Of a stretch of DNA of 64,000 nt, positions 9,990-18,811 are shown in pieces. Source of the DNA: a virus (lineage: Duplodnaviria; Caudoviricetes). Position numbers and translations under genes: made by a program. Numbering within the stretch: position 1 is the stretch's first letter; every line of letters starts with the position of its first letter. A model generated the notes under the pieces. It ran no database searches and was not told where the DNA came from. It saw only the letters and a program-made list of their open reading frames with translations. Where the stretch lies: the IMG/VR virus record IMGVR_UViG_3300028833_003520. One strand, 5' to 3'.

Positions 9990-11063
9990 TGTTATCATCG
10001 TAATGTAACTTATGCAAAAGGCATTTTACTCCTTAAGAAAGAAAAGGGCAGGGATGTGTGTTACCCCGTCCTTTTCTTTTTGTTAGGCGTGTATTCCAAT
10101 TTTTCCATCGAATGATATAATAGGAGAATCAAAGTCCAAGTTACCTCGCAAGACATTGATAAAAGTGGTATGTTTATTCTTACCAAGTTAGGTTATGAGA
10201 TAGAAGAGTCAAGTCAGCCGCTTGGCTCTTTTATTTTATCAAAGACTGTGGTAGATTAGTTGTTATAGTAGTAGTTTAACTGACGGTAAATATGGACTAC
10301 TTACTGGTTTCCTTTCTATGCAAAGAGCAGTCCGAAGAGGGCTGTTCTTTTAAGTTAGAAGGTGATACAATAGCAATGTAATTAGTTATGCTAACTAACT
10401 TTTTACAATTCAGATACAGATGTATTCTTCATCGAGCATTAAGGACAGAAGGCACTCTGTCCTTTTTGTTTGGTGTATGCTATAATCGGTTCAAGGCTTA
10501 TGATATTAACTCATTCGCCACCTTTCAAAAAAGATGCAAAGAGGACGGTTATTTACCGCCCTTTTTGTTTAGAAGATGTCATTTATTTGATAGAATTGAT
10601 GTTATAATGAATGTATAATTAGAGTAGTCAGGAAAGCCATAAGACTATCTCTTTGGGATTTTGCAGTAAGGGTGGGTATATCCCACCTTTATTGTTTATG
10701 ATATAATCAGTCTGTTGCCATTGCCATTGGTGACGAGAATAAACTTGAGGCACACATATGACGCAAGATAGGCAGAGGTTTTCCTCTGCTTATTTCGTTT
10801 TTACAGATTTGTCCAGGATAAGAAGTAACGCAATTGTAATGCACAAGTGTTATAGTTGTGCTATAATACGATTACTGATTATCTATTCACGACCTTAGGT
10901 ATTTCAGTTTTCAAGATTCGAGATAAAGCAGTCATTAGCAGTCCTTGTGGCTGCTTTTTCTTTTTGGTATAATGATTGTAGAAAGGTGATTACATCATCT
11001 TTTTGTTTCTCATTAACGGCAGGGAAGGACAGGAGCAACATCGCCTGTCCTTTTCTTCGTTTT
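9990..11063 (+). ncRNA. tandem array of nine predicted small RNA transcription units
   Basis: Extended -10 TGnTAnnnT (mostly TGnTATAAT) at 9990, 10113, 10261, 10363, 10478, 10600, 10699, 10859 and 10965; each followed by a unique 40-85 nt body and a GC stem plus U-tract terminator; no credible ORFs. Confidence 0.7.
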
Positions 11064-11173
11064 ACAGTATGAGATTTTATTCTAATACTGGTTTCAATCT
11101 CTTTTACAAGAAAAGAACTCGGCTATCAAAACAATAAGCGACGGTTGTTTCGGAGCATTATTAGTTTTGGGTA

Positions 11174-11377
11174 GGGAAGAATCGGGGACAAAGTAGGGAA
11201 TAGGTGGGGACAAATCGGGGACATTTCAGGGACAATGTGAAGATAGGTGGCTTGAATGTGATTGATTAACATCTCAATGTGAATATCAAAGGCTATTATG
11301 TGAAGAAATGTGATTGAAGCAGCAGATTGATGTGAAGATTTGAGCATCAAATGTGATTAAATAGACGACTGATGTGA
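11174..11377. repeat. helically phased short repeats (centromere/iteron-like)
   Basis: GGGA at 11174, 11185, 11196, 11207, 11218, 11229 (11-bp period); ATGTGA at 11235, 11256, 11277, 11298 and 11308, 11330, 11351, 11372 (21-22-bp period). Confidence 0.75.
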
Positions 11378-11930
11378 ATTTCACGCAGTTTTACACAGAA
11401 AAACTGGTTAAAATTTAGTGATAGGTGCTTTTCTGAGAGGTTATCTCTAAAAAAGTCGCCTATTTTTTCGTGATAACGGTTTGCGAATGGAAATATTCCA
11501 AAAGGAATAATATTATTCTTATAGGAATATTTTTATGACTGACAGGAATATCGTTATTCCTAATAGCATATCCGAACGGCATATTTCGAAGCGTAATTTC
11601 GTCCCAATGTTTTACAGGGAAGGGGATGAGAGTGCTCGTATTGGTATCAGGCGGCGGAATTTTGAAAATTCTCGGCGAGTTTTTGAAATCAGAGAGGTTG
11701 TTTTCGAAATTTACCTCAAAATTTGCACCGAAATTTTTCATAATGAGAAGTGGTTCGGACAGCAAATTATGTATAGAAATGTATGGGCAAAATATGTTTT
11801 ATGTAGATTAAACAGAGTTTTGCAGCGTAATTTTACATCAGAAAGAGGAGCCAAAAAGTGTGTCACGCTCTTGAGCGACTCCAAAAATGTTAAGTTTAAT
11901 GTAGATTAAACCCTTGTTTTTGAGAAAATT

Positions 11931-12291
11931 TTCTATACATTCTATACGTTTCTATACCCCTTTTCTATACATTCTATACACAAGAATCCTTAAATTTAGG
12001 GCTTTATAGCCATTTGTATAGATTGTATAGAAAATATTTAAGTCAATTATAGAGCCTTTTTATTTTTTCGTGTAGCACACTTCCCATTTTTCTCAGTGTA
12101 AATCAAAAGACAATTTTTAAGATAATAAATGACTTGTAAAAATTCTATACTTTCTATACAAAGTACCGCAAACCCTTATAAAATAAGGCTTTGAGGCGTA
12201 TAGAAATGAAATAGCGTTTCTATACATTCTATACACGAACCTCTGAAACGCCTATGAAATAAGGGTTTTGGGCGTATAGAATTTTCTATAC
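11931..12291. repeat. TTCTATAC iteron cluster, candidate replication origin
   Basis: TTCTATAC at 11931, 11940, 11950, 11963, 11972, 12143, 12152, 12218, 12227, 12284; inverted GTATAGAA at 12025, 12198, 12274; bracketing CCTT-A/T-rich-AGG palindromes. Confidence 0.7.
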
Positions 12292-12364
12292 ACGCTTTTA
12301 GCAGGTATTTTCCAGTGTAAAATACCGCAGTTTGATAAGATTCAAATTTTTTTGTGTAATACTA

Positions 12365-12393
12365 TTGACATTATCCATATATGGGATTATAGT
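12365..12393 (+). promoter_or_regulatory. sigmaA-type promoter with CCATATATGG operator (copy 1)
   Basis: TTGACA-ttatCCATATATGGgat-TATAGT, 17-bp spacer. Confidence 0.85.
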
Positions 12394-12584
12394 TCGGATT
12401 AGAGATGGTACTAATCTATATTAGTTATATAGTTAATAGTAAGTACAAAAATTACGAAAAAATTTGAACGAAAACTGTTGACAAGGCTAAAATGGCGTGG
12501 TAACATCAAGTTGATGTAATCAATCGTAAGAGAGATTCATCTACGACAAATTTCAATTCTTTATAAGTAAAGGAGAAAACAGTT

Positions 12585-13121
12585 ATGGCAAACGTAAGAA
12601 AAGACGTAATCGGTCCTGACGGCAAGTCTGGTATGAAGGGCAGAGAAATCATCGCAAGAGTAGTTGAGCGTGACGAAAAGAATGGTAAGGGTTATTATAT
12701 GAATGCCCAGTTGAACCAGTCTTTCGGTAAGCCCGTGAACACAACTTCACAGCCTCATCTCGCAAAGGCTCACTCTTTCAAGGGTAATGACGGTACAGAG
12801 AGAAACTCTTATGATATTCGTCTTGGACCTAAGCAGGTAGAGGCACTCAAGGCTAATTCCAAGTCTTGCACACTCGAAGATGGTTCCACAATCTACGGTT
12901 TCACCGCAGACCTTATGAAGACCAAGGACAACGGACTTATGCCCGACTTTGGTACTCTCAAGCCCACTTCCAAGAAGATTGACGACAAGTCTTGGGCAAA
13001 GCAGTCTGCTACAACTCAGAAGGCTTTCAAGGCTGGTGAGGCACAGCGTGCTGCTAAGGCTGCTGAAAAGACTGCAGAGGCTCCTGCAAAGGATGACGCT
13101 CAGGCAGAAATCGGCGGTTAA
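12585..13121 (+). CDS. hypothetical protein, probably highly expressed
   Basis: AAAGGAG RBS; biased codon usage; own terminator; Ala/Lys-rich tail ending QAEIGG. Confidence 0.8.
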   Translation: MANVRKDVIGPDGKSGMKGREIIARVVERDEKNGKGYYMNAQLNQSFGKPVNTTSQPHLAKAHSFKGNDGTERNSYDIRLGPKQVEALKANSKSCTLEDGSTIYGFTADLMKTKDNGLMPDFGTLKPTSKKIDDKSWAKQSATTQKAFKAGEAQRAAKAAEKTAEAPAKDDAQAEIGG

Positions 13122-13145
13122 TTCGATTACCGATAATTCAACCTA

Positions 13146-13181
13146 TAGCACTCTCACTTCGGTGAGGGTGCTATTTTTTTT
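13146..13181 (+). terminator. intrinsic terminator
   Basis: ATAGCACTCTCAC-TTCG-GTGAGGGTGCTAT-TTTTTTT. Confidence 0.85.
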
Positions 13182-13283
13182 GTCCTGTTTTGGATAATTT
13201 TGTCTTGAAAATTTTAGCCCTTATCGTTAATATCAATTTATGAATATTGTTCATTGAAAATGTTGATAAAGGAGAAGAAAGGC

Positions 13284-13550
13284 GTGGAAAATTTCGCACA
13301 GGAAACGCTTTATGACTTGATGATGGAGCATCCAAATAGACTTGTTAGCAAGTCGTTCATCGAGCAAGGCGTAAATGAGTTATTAGGGGAAATCGAGAAG
13401 ATTGAGGGACGATTAGGAATAACAATGACTGAGGAGCGTAATAGAGTGGATGCCGAACAGAGAACTTGGAAGTATATGACACGCTCTAATGTTTATAATT
13501 CCGTTGAATATTTGAAACGGACCTACTACGACAAATATGGTCGTTTTTAA
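13284..13550 (+). CDS. hypothetical protein
   Basis: RBS before GTG 13284. Confidence 0.55.
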   Translation: MENFAQETLYDLMMEHPNRLVSKSFIEQGVNELLGEIEKIEGRLGITMTEERNRVDAEQRTWKYMTRSNVYNSVEYLKRTYYDKYGRF

Positions 13551-13689
13551 TCCTGATAAAAGACATCGAATGGGTATGCAAGGTACGAATTATGGGACAG
13601 AATTCGCTTGCATACAAGTCCATTATGTGTTAAAATATCCTCATAAATGAATCAAAACAGTAGTTTTGAGAATGTGAGGGTAATACATA

Positions 13690-14160
13690 ATGGCGAACCG
13701 ATGTTTCGGAGTAGATGGATTTTGGGATAGAGTTGAGATTGCGTGTCAGCAGTCTGGTTTATCCAAGGCAGAGATAGCAAGAAGAATGGGTTGCGAACGA
13801 AAGTGCCTTTATGAGAAACAGAATGGCTCTTCTGCAAGTTGGCATTCTGGTAGATTGGTTTCTTTTTGTCAGATTACAGGCGTGTCTGCTGATTGGCTTT
13901 TGGGATTATCTCGAAGGAAGAAGTTGAAGGGGAAGACTACTGACCCGATTAACTTCAGAGTGATTGATACCAAGACTGGTAAGGAACCTTTACTTGACCT
14001 AAACCACGTACTCAAAGAGAAGTGGTTTAAGAATAGTAACCTCATTTGGTGCGACCTGGAAGGTTGGATGATAAATGAAGATGGTTATCTGATACTTGCC
14101 GATGAATGTGGAAATTATGTATATCCTCCGCAGGATAGATTCAGAGTGGAATTTGTTTGA
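13690..14160 (+). CDS. XRE-family HTH regulator with C-terminal beta domain
   Basis: GLSKAEIARRMGCERKCLYEK...FCQITGVSADWLLG. Confidence 0.8.
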   Translation: MANRCFGVDGFWDRVEIACQQSGLSKAEIARRMGCERKCLYEKQNGSSASWHSGRLVSFCQITGVSADWLLGLSRRKKLKGKTTDPINFRVIDTKTGKEPLLDLNHVLKEKWFKNSNLIWCDLEGWMINEDGYLILADECGNYVYPPQDRFRVEFV

Positions 14161-14173
14161 TAGAGGAAGAAAG

Positions 14174-14530
14174 ATGAAGAACGATTCGCAGAACGCAGCA
14201 AATAACGAATTACTCAAGGGTATTTCTGTTAAGGATATTCCTAAGTATAGGCGTGATGCTATTATTTTCTTGCTTCTTTGTGCTCTCGATTCTGCTCTTG
14301 CTGTGTATATGGGCTTTTTAAGTTATAGAGCCTTTCTACGAAGCGAGATGATATGGTCAATGGTGGTTGCTTTATTCTTTATTCTTGATGTAGCCTTTGG
14401 TTATGAAAACTTGCGTAAGTTTTTAACCTGTGTGCGTCTCATCAAGTCTATCAAGTTACTGAAGAAGTATAAAGAAGACCACCCTGAGGAGTACGAAGAA
14501 TATAAGGAAAATCACCCTGAAGATTTTTGA
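14174..14530 (+). CDS. 2-TM membrane protein
   Basis: GAGGA RBS; two hydrophobic helices. Confidence 0.65.
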   Translation: MKNDSQNAANNELLKGISVKDIPKYRRDAIIFLLLCALDSALAVYMGFLSYRAFLRSEMIWSMVVALFFILDVAFGYENLRKFLTCVRLIKSIKLLKKYKEDHPEEYEEYKENHPEDF

Positions 14531-14541
14531 GGATTAACCAA

Positions 14542-14718
14542 ATGAGTCTTGATAAAGCAATACAACACGGTAAGGAGCATAGAAAGCCATACAGACGTGC
14601 TAAGTCTGTTGATAGTCAGTGCAGAAATCACGGTTCTTGTCTTTGGTGTAAAGGCAATAGAACTTATAGGTTTAGGAAAGAAGAAGAGAGGTTAAATCAA
14701 AATGTTGAAGAAGAATGA
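14542..14718 (+). CDS. small Cys/His phage-type protein
   Basis: MSLDKAIQHGKEHRKPY...CRNHGSCLWC; GAGGA RBS. Confidence 0.65.
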   Translation: MSLDKAIQHGKEHRKPYRRAKSVDSQCRNHGSCLWCKGNRTYRFRKEEERLNQNVEEE

Positions 14719-16504
14719 TACTTCGTTGTTTGAGTTAGGCAAGGGTTATGACATCTTTCCTGATAGATGTGCAACATCATCAGTAGATGCTACGTCTATC
14801 GTTGGTCACGTTCTTTTTAGCCAGCCTAAAAAGTGCGATAAGATAGACGCAAAATTTGCAAAGACGATTTCGAAGAAAATAGGTTCAAAGAACCTTAATC
14901 CTGTATTTGCACCTGATGCAATTCCGTATAAGTATAGTAAAGACGGCTACAAGACCGTAGGTGATGTAGTTAGAGAAGATTGGCAGGTAAGATATGGAGC
15001 GTTGCCGACAGGTGCTTTTATCGTAGATACAGAACCGTCGCATAATCTTATCATCAATACTTCTGCAGGAATTGCTGACCACTCTATCTTAAAATCTTAT
15101 GTTGATATGTTTGCTCGTAGTAGAAACAATAACAACATAGTTATTTATGACCGTAAAGGTGAGGCACTTCACTTTTATGGTAAGGAGTTAGAAAAGTACG
15201 GATATGATATCCGAATAATAGATACTATCGGTGCAAGGCGTGATGATGGAACAAGAGTATTTGGTACAGATAAGACTTGCATCACATATAATCCTTTGGC
15301 TTTAGCCGTTAAGTATGCTATTAGAGCAAGGAACGATACACGTTCCGATTGGTGGACAAAGGTTGCTATTGTTGTTAATGACGCTGTTGCTGACTTGATG
15401 TGTCGTTACCCAGAGGGTGGCGACCCATTTCATCCGACTGCGGCATACTATTTGGTCTTAGGACTCATATACGCTTTGATATGGAATGCATTGGAAGACC
15501 TGGCGAACGAGCCTATGGTCAGCAATTATGTTAATCCGTTAACGGATAGTAAATGCGTAGAGATTTTTGAGAGAGTTAATCTTGCGAATGTCTATGACAT
15601 TCTTGTCAAGATAAGAGAGGGTGATTTCAATGGTTTGAACAAACTTGGAATCAAGGTAACTGACGAGGACGATATTTATTCTTTGTTTGAGAATACAATA
15701 TCGAGAATATATGAGAGACCTTATATTGACGAGAAGGGCGAGGAGTATGATTTTAATTCCTCTATACGTCAGTTACTTAAGTATTCGTGGGATATTGCCA
15801 GAGTTTCGTTATGTAGTAACGATATATTCTTTGCAATAAATGAGTTAGCACCGATTGCCGAGATGAGGTTTACCTTAACAGGCATTCGTGGTTCTAATGT
15901 CTTCGATACCGAAGAGTTTGTGGCAGATAATGGTGCAAAGAAACAGATTATTTTCTTTGTCTATGGTGGTTATCAGACCAACTATAGTAGGTATTTTAGG
16001 ACATTTATTCATCAGGTGCTTAACAAAGTGTATGCATCTGTAGCAACTCCGAGAGAGCCAATTAAGGTCAAGGGCACACGTTTTGTCATAGACGACCTTT
16101 CTATGATAATAGATGCACAGCAAGAAGGACATTGGGACAATGCGTTGGACCCCTTGCTTGCTGTTGGGCATCAGTATAATCAGTTATTCACAGTAGCCAC
16201 TTCATCAATAGATATGTTCAGAAGCGTATTTGGTCTGACAAAGGACAAGGATTTCGAGGAGTTTGAGAAGACTGCTCATATTGTGTTCATTAAGAGTGCT
16301 GATGATACTCTTATTGATTATTTTCTTGCACGAGAGAAGAAGTGCCATACTGTAATACCTGAAAGGTTTGGCTATAATGACCTTGCATTTATGGATAGAG
16401 GGTGCAGAGTAATACTGTGTCCTGATGGTACAGCCGTTTGGTGTAAGAACTTGTTTCCTTATACGACACGGTTCAATAACGTAATTTTTTTGACAGTCTT
16501 ATGA
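14702..16504 (+). CDS. degenerate soluble paralogue of the VirD4-like coupling protein
   Basis: Collinear motifs with 21203..25579 (GAFIVDT, YDRKGE, YNPL, GGDP, TRFVIDDL, IVFIKSADD, YNDLAF); no Walker A GK; no TM. Confidence 0.75.
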   Translation: MLKKNDTSLFELGKGYDIFPDRCATSSVDATSIVGHVLFSQPKKCDKIDAKFAKTISKKIGSKNLNPVFAPDAIPYKYSKDGYKTVGDVVREDWQVRYGALPTGAFIVDTEPSHNLIINTSAGIADHSILKSYVDMFARSRNNNNIVIYDRKGEALHFYGKELEKYGYDIRIIDTIGARRDDGTRVFGTDKTCITYNPLALAVKYAIRARNDTRSDWWTKVAIVVNDAVADLMCRYPEGGDPFHPTAAYYLVLGLIYALIWNALEDLANEPMVSNYVNPLTDSKCVEIFERVNLANVYDILVKIREGDFNGLNKLGIKVTDEDDIYSLFENTISRIYERPYIDEKGEEYDFNSSIRQLLKYSWDIARVSLCSNDIFFAINELAPIAEMRFTLTGIRGSNVFDTEEFVADNGAKKQIIFFVYGGYQTNYSRYFRTFIHQVLNKVYASVATPREPIKVKGTRFVIDDLSMIIDAQQEGHWDNALDPLLAVGHQYNQLFTVATSSIDMFRSVFGLTKDKDFEEFEKTAHIVFIKSADDTLIDYFLAREKKCHTVIPERFGYNDLAFMDRGCRVILCPDGTAVWCKNLFPYTTRFNNVIFLTVL

Positions 16505-16637
16505 CAAACAGATTTCAATTTGTTTGCATAATTTTTATCAAAATTATTGAAAATTCATTTTCGATGTGATATTATCCACATTGTGAATTACTGAAACGGC
16601 TTATTTATGAGCCAATTTTTCGAAAGGAAAGTAATAA

Positions 16638-16838
16638 ATGGCGAAGGCAAAAAAGGATGCAAAGTTCTTTACTTGCTACTTAAAGAAAGAACTTGCTGAC
16701 AAAATCGACGTGTATTCAACCGAGAATCATTTGTCAAAAACTGCTATAGTTGAGATTGCTCTCGAAAAATTTTTTGACGAGTCACAATCTACTGCTAATA
16801 ACCTTAATCCTCTCATAAATGAGTCAAAAGTGGACTAA
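16638..16838 (+). CDS. ribbon-helix-helix (CopG-like) regulator
   Basis: FTCYLKKELADKIDVYSTENHLSKTAIVEIALEKFF; flanked by CTCATAAATGAG-like sites. Confidence 0.75.
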   Translation: MAKAKKDAKFFTCYLKKELADKIDVYSTENHLSKTAIVEIALEKFFDESQSTANNLNPLINESKVD

Positions 16839-16888
16839 TTTATGTTGCGGATGCTGTCGCTATATGTTATAATTCTTTCATAAATGAG
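16812..16888 (+). promoter_or_regulatory. promoter of the ClpB-VirD4 operon with CTCATAAATGAG operators
   Basis: CTCATAAATGAG at 16812; TGTTATAAT at 16865; TTCATAAATGAG at 16877. Confidence 0.65.
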
Positions 16889-16921
16889 CAGAAACGAAGT
16901 TTTAAGAGGAGATAGAAAGTA

Positions 16922-18742
16922 ATGCTTTTTGCTGAATCTGATAAAAATTATAAGTATGCACAGGAACATTTTCCTTGCTTGAATACTTTTACACAGCAGT
17001 TGAAAGCACCTGGATTTGAAATTCAGAGCCGTGAGAAAGAGATGGACTCCATCGAAGCGGCTCTTAATCGTCCTGAACTTTGTAACGTGTTACTTTTAGG
17101 AGAGCCTGGCTCTGGTAAGACAGCACTTGTGCAGTCTGTAATGATGCACGATACCAAGAGGCTTTATCTTGAAGTTGACCTTTCCAAGATGATTGCAGAT
17201 ACAAATGACGTTAACGAGATGGCTACAAGGCTTAAGTCCTTGTGCGACGAGGTAACGATATTCCGTAAGGAAATGCAGACTGAACTTGTTCTTTTTATGG
17301 ATGAGTTCCATCAGATTATGATGTTGTCTAATGCGGCGGCTGAAGCAATGAAGCCGTTGCTTGCTGATTCAGGCACACGAGGCGTGCGTATCATAGCAGC
17401 CACAACAGAAGCAGAGTTCAGAATGTATATTGCTCCGAACCAGCCGTTGGTGGAGCGTCTGCAGAGAATCAGACTCAAAGAGTTGGATAAGCAGGCAACT
17501 ATCAATGTTCTTAAGAACAGAGCCAAGATATATGGCGTAGAAGACCAAATCACTGAGTATAACAATATATACGGACTTATCTATGAATATACGCAGAGAT
17601 ATATCCCTGCGAACGCTCAGCCTCGTAAATCATTGCTCGTATTCGATGCGATGATTGGTTGGCATAATTCAAAGGCGAGACCTTTGGATAAGGCACTCCT
17701 TGCTGACGTTATTTATGAGTCAGAAGGTGTCAATGTTACTTTTAGAGTAGATGCTACATCAATCAAGAAGGAACTTGACAAGTATGTATTTGCTCAGGAC
17801 TTTGCGACAAGCGTTATTGAGCAAAGGCTTCAGATTTGTGTTGCTGACCTTAATAATAAGTCAAAGCCTATGAGTTCATTCTTATTCACAGGTTCAACTG
17901 GTGTAGGTAAGACTGAGGTTACGAAGCAGTTAGCCCGAATTCTTTTCGGTGATAATGCGAGAACAAGTCTTATCCGTTTTGATATGACAGAATATGCTAC
18001 AGAGGACTCTCTGGAGAGATTCAGAGCAGAACTTACACAGCGTGTTTGGAATAGACCTTATTCTATCGTTCTTTTGGACGAGATTGAGAAGGCGTGTGCT
18101 CCTGTTACACGAGTTCTCTTGCAGGTTTTGGATGATGGCAGACTTATGGATGAGAATAACCGTGAGGTTTCATTCCTTAACTCGTATATTATCCTTACTA
18201 CCAATGCTGGTAATGAGATTTATAAGACCATTGCCCAGTATTCTCCTGATGATACAGGTTCAGGTAAGGAATTCCATAGGTATGAGAAACTCATCAGACA
18301 GTCTATTTCAAGCACGACAGGTGATAATAGATTCCCTCCTGAGTTGCTTGGACGTATCGACTGTATCGTGCCGTTCCAACCTCTTTCAGAGGAAACGAAG
18401 AAGAAGATTGTTAAGCATAAGTTGGAAGAGTTAATCAAGAAGGTTTCTGATATACACAATGTTGCTCTCAATTATGACCAGAGGGTCATACAGTACATTG
18501 TTGAAGATAACCTTGACTCTGACTCTGATGCAGGTGGTGCACGTACTGCAATCGCTAAACTCGAATCTGAGGTTTATACCGAAGTATCAAGAGTTATCAA
18601 CACTTGCCCTGATGCCATCAGATTGAGAATCGTTGTTGACGGTAAGATGATGTGCGAAGACAAGACGCAACTTGAATCGACGGCTTCTATCAGCGTTAAG
18701 GTTGGCAGTGAGACGAGACAAGTTAAGAAGACCTACTATTAA
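16922..18742 (+). CDS. ClpA/ClpB-like double AAA+ ATPase lacking the N-domain
   Basis: NBD1 GEPGSGKT, LFMDEFH, IAATT, LVERLQ; NBD2 FTGSTGVGKT, RFDMTEY, LLDEIEKA, LLQVLDDGRL, PELLGRID, GAR. Confidence 0.92.
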   Translation: MLFAESDKNYKYAQEHFPCLNTFTQQLKAPGFEIQSREKEMDSIEAALNRPELCNVLLLGEPGSGKTALVQSVMMHDTKRLYLEVDLSKMIADTNDVNEMATRLKSLCDEVTIFRKEMQTELVLFMDEFHQIMMLSNAAAEAMKPLLADSGTRGVRIIAATTEAEFRMYIAPNQPLVERLQRIRLKELDKQATINVLKNRAKIYGVEDQITEYNNIYGLIYEYTQRYIPANAQPRKSLLVFDAMIGWHNSKARPLDKALLADVIYESEGVNVTFRVDATSIKKELDKYVFAQDFATSVIEQRLQICVADLNNKSKPMSSFLFTGSTGVGKTEVTKQLARILFGDNARTSLIRFDMTEYATEDSLERFRAELTQRVWNRPYSIVLLDEIEKACAPVTRVLLQVLDDGRLMDENNREVSFLNSYIILTTNAGNEIYKTIAQYSPDDTGSGKEFHRYEKLIRQSISSTTGDNRFPPELLGRIDCIVPFQPLSEETKKKIVKHKLEELIKKVSDIHNVALNYDQRVIQYIVEDNLDSDSDAGGARTAIAKLESEVYTEVSRVINTCPDAIRLRIVVDGKMMCEDKTQLESTASISVKVGSETRQVKKTYY

Positions 18743-18811
18743 GTAGGATGAGTGGTATATTATTTGTCGAGATAATATAAAAATTAAAACACAGAAAGGA
18801 AAGAAGAATTT

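Noticed and set aside
9990-11063. CRISPR array
   Set aside because: Units are periodic but share no repeat sequence, only promoter and terminator architecture; no cas genes in the window.
10388-11909. ORFs 10388..10618, 11126..11350, 11460..11765, 11535..11909, 11626..11811
   Set aside because: No good RBS; they cross terminators or repeat tracts; composition is not protein-like.
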